Positions 37,941 through 50,262 of a stretch of DNA of 64,000 nucleotides are shown here, piece by piece (position 1 is the stretch's first letter; each line of letters opens with the position of its first letter). Both the position numbers and the translations under genes were made by a program. The notes beneath the pieces were generated by a model. The model searched no databases, was not told the DNA's origin, and worked only from the letters and a program-made list of their open reading frames with translations. The DNA comes from Scyliorhinus canicula (lineage: Eukaryota): contig NC_052162.1 of assembly GCF_902713615.1 (NCBI RefSeq), forward strand, positions 85,785,240 through 85,849,239. The letters are read 5' to 3'.

Positions 37941-38254
37941 GTAAATATTGAACTCTATCTGGGGGCATTACATCTGACGATCAAATGTAAACTGTTTTTT
38001 GTTGGAAGGGGTTTCTTCTGCTTGTGTGTAGTTGCAGTATGTATGTTTGTGTGTGTTGGGTTGGGGAATCTGTCTGTGCATTGGTGGTGGTTTCTCTGAA
38101 TTGGTTGTGGGGGGTGTGTCTGTGTATTTCGGGGGTGCTGCGTGTCAGGTACCATGCACTTTGTAGGAAAGTGTCTTTGTTCTCGGGGGACATTGTGTCA
38201 GTTTGCTTATGTATTTTTGGGGAAGATAATTGCACAGAATATCAGCACAGCCAT

Positions 38255-38468
38255 AGAGTCATGAAGGTCGACAGAACAGAAAAGGCCACTTGGCCCATTG
38301 CGTTCTCACCGGTCAAAAACAATCGCCTAACTACTTTAATCCCATTTTCCAGCACTTGGTCCATAGCCTTGGTGCACATCTAAAAACTTCTTAAATGTTA
38401 CGAGGGCCTCTGCCTCCATCACCCTTTCAGGCAGTGAGTTCCAGACTCCCACGACCACCTGGGTGAGA
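38255..38468 (-). mobile_element. CR1 LINE 3' fragment
   Basis: QVVVGVWNSLPERVMEA..FKKFLD. Confidence 0.75.
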
Positions 38469-38516
38469 TCAGTGTGAATTGGCAATGTGCTTATCTGTGA
38501 TTGTGTGTGTTGGGAA

Positions 38517-38822
38517 CCATAGAATTCCTGCACTGCAGAAGGAGGCTACTGACACTCTGAAAGAGCATTCTACCATTGCCCATTCCGCCGCCCTATCCCC
38601 GTAACCCCACCTAACCTGCACATCTTTAGACTCTAAGGTGCAATTTAGCATGGTCAAACCATCTAACTTGCACATCTTTGGACAGTGGGAGGAAATCAGA
38701 GCACCCGAAGGAAACCCACGCAGACATGGGGAGAACGTGCAAACCCCACATTGTCACCCAAGCCCGAATTGAACCAAGGCCCCTGGCACTGTGAGGCAGC
38801 AGTGCGAACCACTGTGCCACCA
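38517..38822 (-). mobile_element. HE1-type V-SINE
   Basis: Head, V-domain and tail. Confidence 0.85.
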
Positions 38823-38994
38823 TTGTATGTATTGGCAAGATGTGTGTGGTTGAGCTTGTGTCTACTGGGTTGTGTGTGTCTATTGAAGGTGGGTGTCTGG
38901 GTGTTTGAGATATGGGTACATGACAAGGTGTGTGTTTTTGTGTTTGGGTGTGTGTGTATTTGTGAGGTGTATGTGATGTAATGTCCGTCGGCTT

Positions 38995-39980
38995 ACATAG
39001 AAACATTGAAAATAGGAGCAGGAAAAGGCCATTCAGCCATTCAAGAGTTCTATGCCATTTATTATGATCATGTCTGATCCTCTATCTCAACACCATATTC
39101 CTGTGTTCTCCCCATACCTCTTTGCCACCTTTAGAGACTAGAAATCTATCTAATTCCTTCTTAAATATATTCAGCGACTGGTTTCCACAACTTCCTGTGA
39201 TACATCATTTCATAGGCTCACCACCCTCTGAGTGAAGACATTTCGCCTCATCTCAGTCTTGAATGGCCTACCCTGTATCCTGAGACTGTGATCCTGTGTC
39301 CTACACCCACCAGCCAGAGGAAACAGCATCTCTGAATCCAGTCTGTCCATCCCTGTCAGAATTTTAAATGCTTCAATTAGATCCCCTCCCATGCATCTAA
39401 ACTCCAGTGAATACAGGCCCAGTTGACCCAATCTCTCCTCTTACGGCAATCCTGCCATGTCAGGAATCAGCCTTGTGAATCTTTGCTGCATTTCCTCTCT
39501 GGCACCTACACCCTTTCTCAAACAAGGAGACCAATATGCCAGACGTGGTCTCACCAGCACCCTGTACAGTTGCAGTAAGATATCCCTGCTCCTGTATCAA
39601 ATCCCTTTGCAAGGTCCCTTTGCACATCAACATTTCCCAATCTATCAACATTTAAGTAATACATTGCCATTCTGTTTCACAACTTCACATTTACCCACAT
39701 TATGCTGCATATATTTGCCCACTCACTAAACTTGCCTACATCGCCTTGAAGCCTCTTAACATCTTCCTCACCACTCACGTTCCCACCAAGTTTTGTTCTG
39801 TCAGCAAAGTTGGAAAAATTACTTTTGGTTCCCTCATCCAAATTATTGATGTATATTGTGCATAGCTGGGGCCTAATCACTGATCCCTACATGCCCCCAC
39901 TAGTCAGAGTTTGTCACTCCGAAAAATACCCATTTATTCCTACTCCCTGTTTCCTGTTTGCTAACCAATTCTCTATCCAT
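38995..39980 (-). mobile_element. older CR1 LINE 3' portion
   Basis: IYINNLDEG...FADRTKLGG, LYSLEFR..GDLIEAFKIL, many lesions. Confidence 0.85.
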
Positions 39981-40291
39981 AGCTGTGCATGTCTATTTTG
40001 GGGAGATGTATATTTATTGACGCTGTGTATTTTGGGGAGAAAATTGTTGTGTGCTTGTGTGTGTGCATGTGTATATTGGTTGTGAAGTCTTCTCACTTGT
40101 CCTATATGTGACCACAACAGCGATTGAACATTACAATTCAAGTTAAGGATCCGTTATAGTCAATGCCAATGTGTTCAAGTTGTTGGGACCACGCACAGCC
40201 CCAGAAAAATGTAATCCAACAGGAAATGGCCAATTCCTATACTTTAATATTCTTCCATAATTTTGTGTACTTTTTCGTGGCATTGCTAATT

Positions 40292-41087
40292 CAGCTTGAG
40301 CTGGATGAACTTCGGATCATTCGGGAGGCAGAGGGGGTCATAGATAGGAGCTTCAGGGAAGTAGTTACACCAAAGACTGGAGATAGATGGGTAACTGTAA
40401 GAGGGACTGGGAAGAAGCAGTCAGTGCAGGGACCCCCTGCGGTCGTTCCCCTGAGTAACAAGTATACCGTTTTGGATACTTGTGGGGGGGGGGACTTACC
40501 AGGGGTAAGCCATGGGGTACGGGCCTCTGGCACGGAGTCTGTCCCTGTTGCTCAGAAGGGAAGGGGGGAAATGAGTAGAACATTAGTAATTGGGGACTCA
40601 ATAGTCAGGGGCACAGATAGGAGATTTTGTGGGAGCGAGAGAGACTCACGTTTGGTATGTTGCCTCCCAGGTGCAAGGGTAAGTGATGTCTCGGATCGTG
40701 TTTTCCGGGTCCTTAAGGGGGAGGGGGAGCAGCCCCAAGTCGTAGTCCACATTGGCACTAACGACATAGGTAGGAAAGGGGACAAGGATGTCAGGCAGGC
40801 CTTTAGGGAGCTAGGATGGAAGCTCAGAGCGAGAACAAACAGAGTTGTTATCTCTGGGTTGTTGCCCGTGCCACGTGATAGTGAGATGAGGAATAGGGAG
40901 AGAGAGCAATTAAACACGTGGCTACAGGGATGGTGCAGGCGGGAGGGATTCAGATTTCTGGATAACTGGAGCTCTTTCTGGGGAAGGTGGGACCTCTATA
41001 GACAGGATGGTCTAGATCTGAACCTGAGGGGCACCAATATCCTGGGGGGGAGATTTGTTAGTGCCCTTTGGGGGGGGTTTAAACTAA
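40292..41087 (+). CDS. CR1 ORF1 (coiled coil plus SGNH esterase), 5'-truncated
   Basis: VIGDSIVRG, CLPGA, HIGTND, DGLDL (usual motif DGLHL). Confidence 0.9.
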
Positions 41088-43974
41088 TTCAGCAGGGGCA
41101 TGGGAACCTGGATTGTAGTTTTGGGGTACGGGAGATTGAGAGTATAGAGGTCAGGAGCACAGATTTGACTTCGCAGGAGGGTGCCAGTGTTCAGGTAGGT
41201 GGTTTGAAGTGTGTCTACTTCAATGCCAGGAGTATACGAAATAAGGTAGGGGAACTGGCAGCATGGGTTGGTACCTGGGACTTCGACGTTGTGGCCATTT
41301 CAGAGACATGGATAGAGCAGGGACAGGAATGGTTGTTGCAGGTTCCGGGGTTTAGGTGTTTTAGTAAGCTCAGAGAAGGGGGCAAAAGAGGGGGAGGTGT
41401 GGTGCTGCTAGTCAAGGACAGTATTACGGTGGCGGAAAGGATGCTAGATGGGGACTCTTCTTCTGAGGTAGTATGGGCTGAGGTTAGAAACAGGAAAGGA
41501 GAGGTCACCCTGTTGGGAGTCTTCTATAGGCCACCTAATAGGTCTAGGGATGTAGAGGAAAGGATGGCGAAGATGATTCTGGAAAAGAGCGAAAGTAACA
41601 GGGTAGTTGTTATGGGAGACTTTAACTTTCCAAATATTGACTGGAAAAGATATAGTTCGAGTACATTAGATGGGTCGTTCTTTGTACAATGTGTGCAGGA
41701 GGGTTTCCTGACACAATATGTTGACAGGCCAACAAGAGGCGAGGCCACATTGGATTTGGTTTTGGGTAATGAACCAGGCCAGGTGTTAGATCTGGAGGTA
41801 GGTGAGCACTTTGGAAACAGTGACCACAATTCGGTGACCTTTACATTAGTGATGGAAAGGGATAAGTATACCCCGCAGGGCAAGAGTTATAGCTGGGGGA
41901 AGGGCAATTATGATGCCATTAGACATGACTTAGGATGTGTTGGTTGGAGAAGTAGGCTGCAAGGGTTGGGCACACTGGATATGTGGAGCTTGTTCAAGGA
42001 ACAGCTATTGCATGTTCTTGATAAGTACGTACCAGTCAGGCAGGGAGGAACGGGTCGAGCGAGGGAACCGTGGTTTACCAAAGAAGTGGAATCTCTTGTT
42101 AAGAGGAAGAAGGAGGCCTATGTGAAGATGAGGCATGAAGTTTCAGTTGGGGCGCTTGATAGTTACAAGGAAGCGAGGAAGGATCTAAAGAGAGAGCTGA
42201 GACGAGCTAGGAGGGGACATGAGAAGTCTTTGGCAGGTAGGATCAAGGAAAACCCAAAAGCTTTCTATAGGTATGTCAGGAATAAAAGAATGACTAGGGT
42301 AAGAGTAGGGCCAGTCAAGGACAGTGGTGGGAAGTTGTGTGTGGAGGCTGAGGAGATAAGCGAGATACTAAATGAATACTTTTTGTCAGTATTCACTCAA
42401 GAAAAAGATAATATTGTGGAGGAGAATGCTGAGACCCAGGCTATTAGAATAGATGGCATTGAGGTGCGTAGGGAAGAAGTGTTGGCAATTCTGGACAAGG
42501 TGAAAATAGATAAGTCCCCGGGGCCGGATGGGATTTATCCTATGATCTCTGGGAAGCCAGGGAAGAGATTGCTGAGCCTTTGGCTTTGATTTTTAGGTCA
42601 TCATTGGCTACAGGAATAGTGCCAGAGGACTGGAGGATAGCAAATGTGGTCCCTTTGTTCAAGAAGGGGAGTAGAGATAACCCCGGTAACTATAGGCCGG
42701 TGAGCCTAACGTCTGTGGTGGGTAAGGTCTTGGAGAGGATTATAAAAGATACGATTTATAATCATCTAGATAGGAATAATATGATTAGGGATAGTCAGCA
42801 TGGTTTTGTGAAGGGTAGGTCATGCCTCACAAACCTTATCGAGTTCTTTGAGAAGGTGACTGAACAGGTAGACAAGGGATGTGACGCAGTTGATGTGGTG
42901 TATATGGATTTCAGTAAAGCGTTTGATAAAGTTCCCCACGGTCGGCTATTGCAGAAAATACGGAGGCTGGGGATTGAGGGTGATTTAGAGATGTGGATCA
43001 GAAATTGGCTAGTTGAAAGAAGACAGAGAGTGGTAGTTGATGGGAAATGTTCAGAATGGAGTTCAGTTACGAGTGGCGTACCACAAGGATCTGTTCTGGG
43101 GCCGTTGCTGTTTGTCATTTTTATAAATGACCTAGAGGAGGGCGCAGAAGGATGGGTGAGTAAATTTGCAGACGACACTAAAATCGGTGGAGTTGTAGAC
43201 AGTGCGGAAGGATGTTGCAGGTTACAGAGGGACATAGATAAGCTGCAGAGCTGGGCTGAGAGGTGGCAAATGGAGTTTAATGTGGAGAAGTGTGAGGTGA
43301 TTCACTTTGGAAAGAATAACAGGAATGCGGAATATTTGGCTAATGGTAAAATTCTTGGTAGTGTGGATGAGCAGAGGGATCTCGGTGTCCATGTACATAG
43401 ATCCCTGAAAGTTGCCACCCAGGTTGATAGGGTTGTGAAGAAGGCCTATGGTGTGTTGGCCTTTATTGGTAGAGGGATTGAGTTCCGGAGCCATGAGGTC
43501 ATGTTGCAGTTGTACAAAACTCTAGTACGGCCGCATTTGGAGTATTGCGTACAGTTCTGGTCGCCTCATTATAGGAAGGACGTGGAAGCTTTGGAACGGG
43601 TGCAGAGGAGATTTACCAGGATGTTGCCTGGTATGGAGGGAAAATCTTATGAGGAAAGGCTGATGGACTTGAGGTTGTTTTCGTTAGAGAGAAGAAGGTT
43701 AAGAGGTGACTTAATAGAGGCATACAAAATGATCAGAGGGTTAGATAGGGTGGACAGCGAGAGCCTTCTCCCGCGGATGGAGGTGGCTAGCACGAGGGGA
43801 CATAGCCTTAAATTGAGGGGTAATAGATATAGGACAGAGGTCAGAGGTGGGTTTTTTACGCAAAGAGTGGTGAGGCCGTGGAATGCCCTACCTGCAACAG
43901 TAGTGAACTCGCCAACATTGAGGGCATTTAAAAATTTGTTGGATAAGCATATGGATGATAAGGGCATAGTGTAG
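41078..43974 (+). pseudogene. CR1 ORF2 (endonuclease plus RT) with one frameshift near 42546
   Basis: YFNARSI, ISETW, GDFN, SDH, PGPDGI, YRPVSLTS, GVPQGSVLGP, FADD. Confidence 0.95.
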
Positions 43975-44233
43975 GTTAGATGGCCTTTAGTTTTTTTTCC
44001 ATGTCGGTGCAACATCGAGGGCCGAAGGGCCTGTACTGCGCTGTATCGTTCTATGTTCTATGTTCATCAGTTGAAAGATCCTAACACAGAACCCTTAGAT
44101 CTGTTAGCATAGCTCCACCCTCATGAATGGGATCAGGGATTTATCCAGAACTGTGGCCCTCACTCTCTACGGTATATTCCTGTGTGACCCACAAAACAAA
44201 TTTCTTAGGCACTTCTGTATGATGCAACGTTTC

Positions 44234-47200
44234 TGTTGTGAGGCAATACGACGAGGAAGTGTTAAATAACAACGGTGATTTAATTAAGAATTACATAAAA
44301 ACAAATGATATAACTATGTACAGTTAAACAGAATTAACAGTAAGGGAGACAATGGGCATATTTCATCAGGGGACATTCGGACTCTTGCTGAGCATTGGAA
44401 CTCAGCAACCGGTTTCTCCATATGTGAAGCACCAGAGTCCACATCAGGGGCAGGCGAATTTACAGATCCTGAAAATGAAGCATTACCGACTGTCCTTCTG
44501 TTGACACCTGAGGTTTCCCTTGGGAACGCTTGGTTCTGTCATCACGGATTCTGTGGCTGGTTGACAAGGTCCATACGGCCAGTTGTGGGGGAGAAAGTTT
44601 CCGGCCTTTTCATGTAATGCACATACTTCCTCACTTTGCGGCCCTGTAGGTCGGTGACATAAGACAAATACCTTGCAATGACCCTCCCGAGTATCCAAGT
44701 TGTTCCTCCTCCAAAATTTTGGATGTAAACTAAAGCTTCTGCTTCAAACGGCTTGTTTTGATTGGCTGAGTCATGGTGCTCCTTCTGTGAGGCTGGTTTA
44801 GCCTCTACCCTCCCCGTCAAATTCAGAAAACTTAGGTCAGATGGATGCTCAGGCATCTACCCATCAATAACTCGGCCAGAGTAACCCCGGTGATGCCATG
44901 TGAGGTTGTGTTCTACAAGAGTAAAATATTGGCTAAGTGGAGCAGCAGTGGTCGGTTCGACTGTTTCTCATTGAGGGTTTAAAGGTTTGTACTGCTCATT
45001 CCAACAATCCATTTGAAGCAGGGTAGTAGGGGGGCCGTACGTTTGTGATGGATCCCATTAGACCTAATGAAGAGTTGAAACTCCTCGGCTATGAGAGCAG
45101 TGTCATTATCAGAAACGATCACCTCTGGAATGCCTTGTGTTACAAAAATCAGTCCCCTCTTTTTGATCGTGGCTGACGTAGTTGTTGAACGTATGGGTTG
45201 GGCATCCAAGAATTTTGAGTGGGCATCGACAACTATTAAGAAAATCATTCACATAAAAGGGTCAGCAAAATCAATGTGGAGCCTTGTCAAAAGGTTTCCC
45301 AGCCACTCCCTATGGTGTAGTTTAGCTGTGGGTGGAAGGGTCTGCTTGGCGATGTTCACAACAGCTGACGATATTCGTTATTTCCTTGTCTATCCTTGGC
45401 CACCAACTGTAACTCTTGTCCAACATCTTCATCTTGGTTTGGCCAGGATGTGTGCCATGCAACTCTTGAAGGTGTGGTTGTTGCCCTGGACTCCTGCAAA
45501 TGAACCTCATCTTCACAGCTAATTTCATCCCTATGCTGTGAGTAGAGCCTGACTATACCTGACTGATCAAAATGCCAGCCAGTTAGAACTACCTTTTTTA
45601 CCTTTGATTAAAGCAGGTCCTTGTCAGTCCAGGTCTTGATATGGGCCGATGAAATGTGAAGAGTGTCAAGATGATTCAGAGCCAGGATGATCTCCTGTGG
45701 AATAGAAGCCAGTTTGACATTTGAGAGCTTCGAACCTGGTCTGCGTTGAAAAGTATAACACGATGCAGTCAGCAGCAATGCCCATCTTTGTACTCGGGCC
45801 GATGCACTCGGTGGAACCGAATTATCCTTGCGCCAAAGGCCAAGTAACGGTTTATGGCCCGAGACAACGGTGAAGTGTCGGCCATAAATATCATGTTGGA
45901 AATTGTTACGGCAAAATTCAATTCCAAACTCTCTTACTATCTGTGAATACTTCTTATCAGCACTCAACATTATTCTGGAAATAAAGGTGACCGGCCGCTC
46001 CAAGCCATTTTCCATCTTATGTAAAAGTACTGCACCTATGCCATAAGGCGATGCATCACACATGACTATTATCAGTTTGTCTGGGTTAAAGTGGATCAGT
46101 AAGGTTAATGATTGTCGGGCTTGCTTCCCTTGGTCAAAATTTTTTTTCTAGGAAACCTCCAAACCCCAACATTGATGCTTCTTCAGTTGGTGCAGGAGTG
46201 CCAGCATTGTCGACAAGTTGGGTAAAAAACGGTCATAGTAGTTGAACATCCCTATAAAGGACTTCAACTCGTTCACATTCCTTGGTGCTTGCACCCATTC
46301 TATCACCTTTATCTTGTCCTCGAGTGCACACAAGTCGTTTACATCGACTTTGAAACATAAATATGTGACCTCATTGGCCTGAAATGTTCATTTCTCGTGT
46401 TTTGGGCATATACTAGCTTCTTTGAAGGTCCTGAGAACGACTTCCAGATTGGCACTATGCTCTTTGGGTGTTACCCGCATTGCAAAGACATGGTCCAGAT
46501 ACGTTTGGGATACCCTGATCCATCGTTTGCTGAAATATAACCAGGAAGATGAAATACCGAAGGATAACCTCGTTTATTGGAATATACCTTTGTGTGTATT
46601 TATGGCGATGAATTTTCTTGATTCTTCCCCCAACTCTAGCTGGTGGTCCGCATGGCTTAGATCCAACTCAGTGTACTTGAGGCCTCCTGCTAATTTCACG
46701 TAGCGTTCCTTTATCCTAGGATCTATCTACTTTAGCAAACCTGTTCACAGTCATTTTGTAATCGCCGTCAATCCTTACTGTACGGTCTGGTTTTAACACT
46801 GGGACTATTGGTGCTGCCTACTCCGAAAGCTGTACTGGAGTAATTGCTCCCAGGTCTTCCAGATGTTTTAACTCCACTTCAACATTTTGGTGCAGAGCAT
46901 AGGACATCGGTCGGGCCCTAAATAATGTTGATGTTGTATCAGGTTATGTGCACATTTTGGCCTCACTCCTTTTATGCACCCAGCTCTCCCTGAAAAACAT
47001 TGTGGTATTCACACAGAAGTTTTTGGAAAACTCCGTCCATGATGCTGAATATCTCCAGCTTATTCTGATTCTCTTCAGCCAATCTCGCCCCACGAGGCTT
47101 GGTCTTTGTCCTTTTGCTATGATTAGGGGCAGTTGGGCAGACTGGTGTTGGTATGATACTGGTCTTGATATCGTATCCATTATCTTGTGGGCCTCCCCAG

Positions 47201-48895
47201 TATAGGTGGCTAAAGTGGCCAAGGTACTGCTGAGATTCAAGGGTTACAGACCTCTCAGTAGATACTAATATGTCGGCTCTCCTATCACCATGGCAGCAGC
47301 ATCCACATTGACCTCCATATTTACTGGACGGCCGTTAACAATAAGGATAATTTTGATGAGGGGTTTCTTGCTTGACTTCACCATGTTGAGCTGATAAACT
47401 TTGGACTTCTCTTCCATATCTTCCTCCAGCTTATTCACTGGAGTCGCCAATGTTGTTTTGAGAACTAGTTTCAGTCTGCCTGGTTCTGCATCTGACTTGT
47501 ACTAATCTTTTCTATTACATCTGAAACAAATGAATTCCTTACATTTGCATCTGTCTTCGAGATGGTCTCCCCTACAATTATAACAAGCTTCTAAACACTG
47601 TGACTAACCATTACTCTCCCTTTCTTCAGGCTCCGCTGCAGCCTCGCTCCAGGGACTTTGAGCTGCCGCCGTTTCCCACCATAACTGATTTGCACATCTT
47701 GTAGTTCAAGGGCGTTTTGTTCAGCTCTTTCAGTCGCTTGAACCAACTCAACCATTTTGTAGAAGGATATTCTGGTTTCTACCAGCAACTTCTTCTGAAT
47801 ATTTAAGTTATTGATACCGCAGGCCAAACGATCAAGTAACATTTTTTAAAAATTCATGCACGGGATATGGGCATCGCTGGTTAGGCCAGCATTTATTGCC
47901 CATCCCTAGTTGCCCATCAGAAGGAAGTGGTCAGTTGTCTTCTTGAACCGCTGCAGTCCTTGAGGTGTAGGTACACCCATTGTGCTGTTAGACAGGGAGT
48001 TCCGGGATATTGTCCCAGTTACAGTGACTGAAACGGTGGTATATTTCCAAGTCAGGGTGGTGAGTGACTTGGAGGGGAACCTTCAGGTGGTGGGGTTCCC
48101 AGGTAACCGCTACTCTTGTCCTTCTAGATGGTAGTCCCGTGGGTTTAGCAGGTGCTGTCTAAGGAACCTTGGTGAGTTACTGCAGTGCATCTTGTAGATG
48201 GTGCACACAGCTACCACTGGTGGTGGAGGGTTTGAATATTTGTGGAAGGGGCAGCAATCAAGCGGGCTGCTTTGTCCTGGATGGTGTTGAGCTTCTCGAG
48301 TGTTGTTGGAGCTGCACTCATCCAGGCAAGTGGAGAGTATTCCATTACACTCCTGACTTGTGCCTTGTAGATGGTGGACAGGCTTTGGGGAGTCAGGAGA
48401 TGAGTTACTCGCCATAGGATTCTTAGCCTTTGACCTGCCATATCTCACTAAGAGAAGGACCGAATTCACAATGTTTAGCTATCTGTCGTAGCCTGGCTAC
48501 AAAAGGCAATACTGCTTCTCCAGGACCCCTAATCACTGGGTGGAATTTATTGTGCTGCACTATAATGAAGGGCCGGGCATTTTACCAATCTCTCACTAGT
48601 TGCACTAATCGATCAAAGGACTTGGTGTCCGGGCCCTCCGGAGATGTCAGGTTTGTCATGAGGTTATATGTTTGTGGGCCACAAATAGTGGGTAATATAA
48701 CTTTATGTTTACAGATTAAGGCAACTCCAGCACAGGATTAGTTCCCTCGTCTCTCGGGCTTACTCTGATGATCCCCACTACTCAGGTGTGTGCCCTGGCA
48801 CCCGATAGGCACAGGTTCCCATGCACTGTGCTCATAGGCTCTGAGCGGATCACGTGGTCCGCGAAAGATCTCGCCTTAAAGGGGCCATGCTACCA
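44234..48895 (-). mobile_element. decayed Gypsy LTR retrotransposon (gag-PR-RT-RH-IN) with partial LTRs
   Basis: Gag TICGPQTYNLM, CYNCRGDHLEDRC knuckle, protease region, CDASPYGIGAVL, FLIVVDAHSK, IPEVIVSDN. Confidence 0.92.
47845..48440 (-). mobile_element. 5'-truncated Crack-like CR1/L2-group LINE inserted in Gypsy gag
   Basis: IYKAQVRSVMEYSPLAWMSAAPTTLEKLNTIQDKAARLI; tail GGGCAACTAGGGATGGGCAATAAATGCTGG. Confidence 0.85.
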
Positions 48896-48983
48896 TTAAT
48901 TTAATTTTGAAGACTAGCAAGGATCCTACGGCCTCGCTGTAGTATGCTCCCCCCTCTCCCCATCGGCAGGTGCGACAGGCAAT

Positions 48984-49105
48984 TCACCTGGGAAGGAGCT
49001 GCGCTCCGAAAGCTAGTGATTCGAACAAAACCTGTTGGACTTTAACCTGGTGTTGTAAGGCTTCTTACTGTGCCCACCCCAGTCCAACACCAGTATCTCC
49101 ACATT
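48984..49105 (+). mobile_element. Penelope-like terminal repeat fragment with degenerate hammerhead motif
   Basis: TCAC-CTG(-)GGA-A-GGAGC-TGC-GCTCC-GAAA-GCTA-GTGA. Confidence 0.6.
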
Positions 49106-49494
49106 ATTCTTTTGTGATAAATGTCACATTAATTAAAACCCTGTTTCACCCCCAGGTTGCTATGCCTGAAACCATGTTTTGGCTCCTTGCCTGCATAGAC
49201 CCAGGGCCTATAGCCTGTTTCAGGTCCCTTTTCCCACATTCAATTGGGACTGACTGTACTATGCAGGCTATTTATCAGGCCGATGGCAGTGCAACCAGTG
49301 TTCATTCAATGGACCACTGGTGGCTGCTATGGCACTCCTGCCAACTACCAGCATGTTGTTCCCCAGAGCTGTGACTGGCATCCCTTGCCAAACATTCTAA
49401 TGGCACATGATTGGTAACTCCTGGCAGACATCAGTTGAGTCCCAATGATAGGAAAGGACCAGCTTTGCAGTGGGAGTCATTGTCATACACTCAG

Positions 49495-49610
49495 GAATTT
49501 GCATTCCCTTGTTACAACAGCACCGTACACTTCAAAAGTACTTCATTAGTTGTAAAGTGTCTTGGCACTTCCCAAAGTCGTGAAAGGCGTGATATAAATG
49601 CAAGGCTTTT
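49495..49610 (+). mobile_element. DeuSINE-type 3' tail
   Basis: ACACTTCAAAAGTACTTCATT...GTGAAAGGCG..ATATAAATGCAAG. Confidence 0.65.
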
Positions 49611-50262
49611 TAATGTTTCGGACATTTTCCCCACATGATGGTTTTCCCATTGTCAAAATAATCACCATTTTTGGGTTCCTGCTTCTCATGTTCTCATCTT
49701 ATTTTAAATTTGCCTTCTCGCAAGTTCCCTGTGTTTCATTATTACTGGTATTTGGATCAAGAAATTGGGCGGGATTTAACGGCCCTGTTAGCTACGGGCA
49801 CAAATCCTGAAATGGCCGCTAAATCTCACGAGAGGCCAAGAACGGGATTTGCGCAGACGAGATTTCAGAATGCGATCTTCCCGGGCCTTCCCCAGTGACG
49901 CGATCAGGTTTACACTCAGGAAGGGCGCAAAACTGATTTACATGAATTTGAAGCCATCATAATATACTTAGTGTGGTTAACGTCGCATCCTCACTGAATC
50001 TTTCCATCCACCAGTTGTGGCCTCAAGCTGCCGTGAATTATTTAAAAAATGGGAACCAGACTCCATGACCTCCGAGAGGGAGAAGGTAGGTGGACACCAT
50101 TGTCACTCCAGCTAGCACCAAGGAATCCAAGGGGCAGAGCCCACTGGCCAGCCCTAGACACTGTGTGGCGGGGGGTGGAGGGGGCAGTGGGACGGGGCTC
50201 AGAAGTGTCAAAGGGGTGGGATGGGGAGAGGATTTTGAAGATGAGATTGCGGCTGGTGTGCG

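Larger units (their letters stand above)
40290..44064 (+). mobile_element. nearly intact, slightly 5'-truncated CR1 (HER1-type) LINE
   Basis: ORF1 SGNH esterase, APE endonuclease, RT and a (GTTCTAT)n tail shared with HE1. Confidence 0.97.

Noticed and set aside
37990-40085. Interspersed TG-rich stretches giving Thr/His-rich ORFs
   Set aside because: Degenerate (TG)n low-complexity sequence.
40163-40290. N-terminal 43 aa of the 808-aa ORF (hydrophobic stretch) suggesting a novel fusion protein
   Set aside because: Chance open frame in flanking DNA upstream of the 5'-truncated LINE.
42795-44015. Minus-strand ORFs over the LINE
   Set aside because: Antisense shadows of CR1 ORF2.
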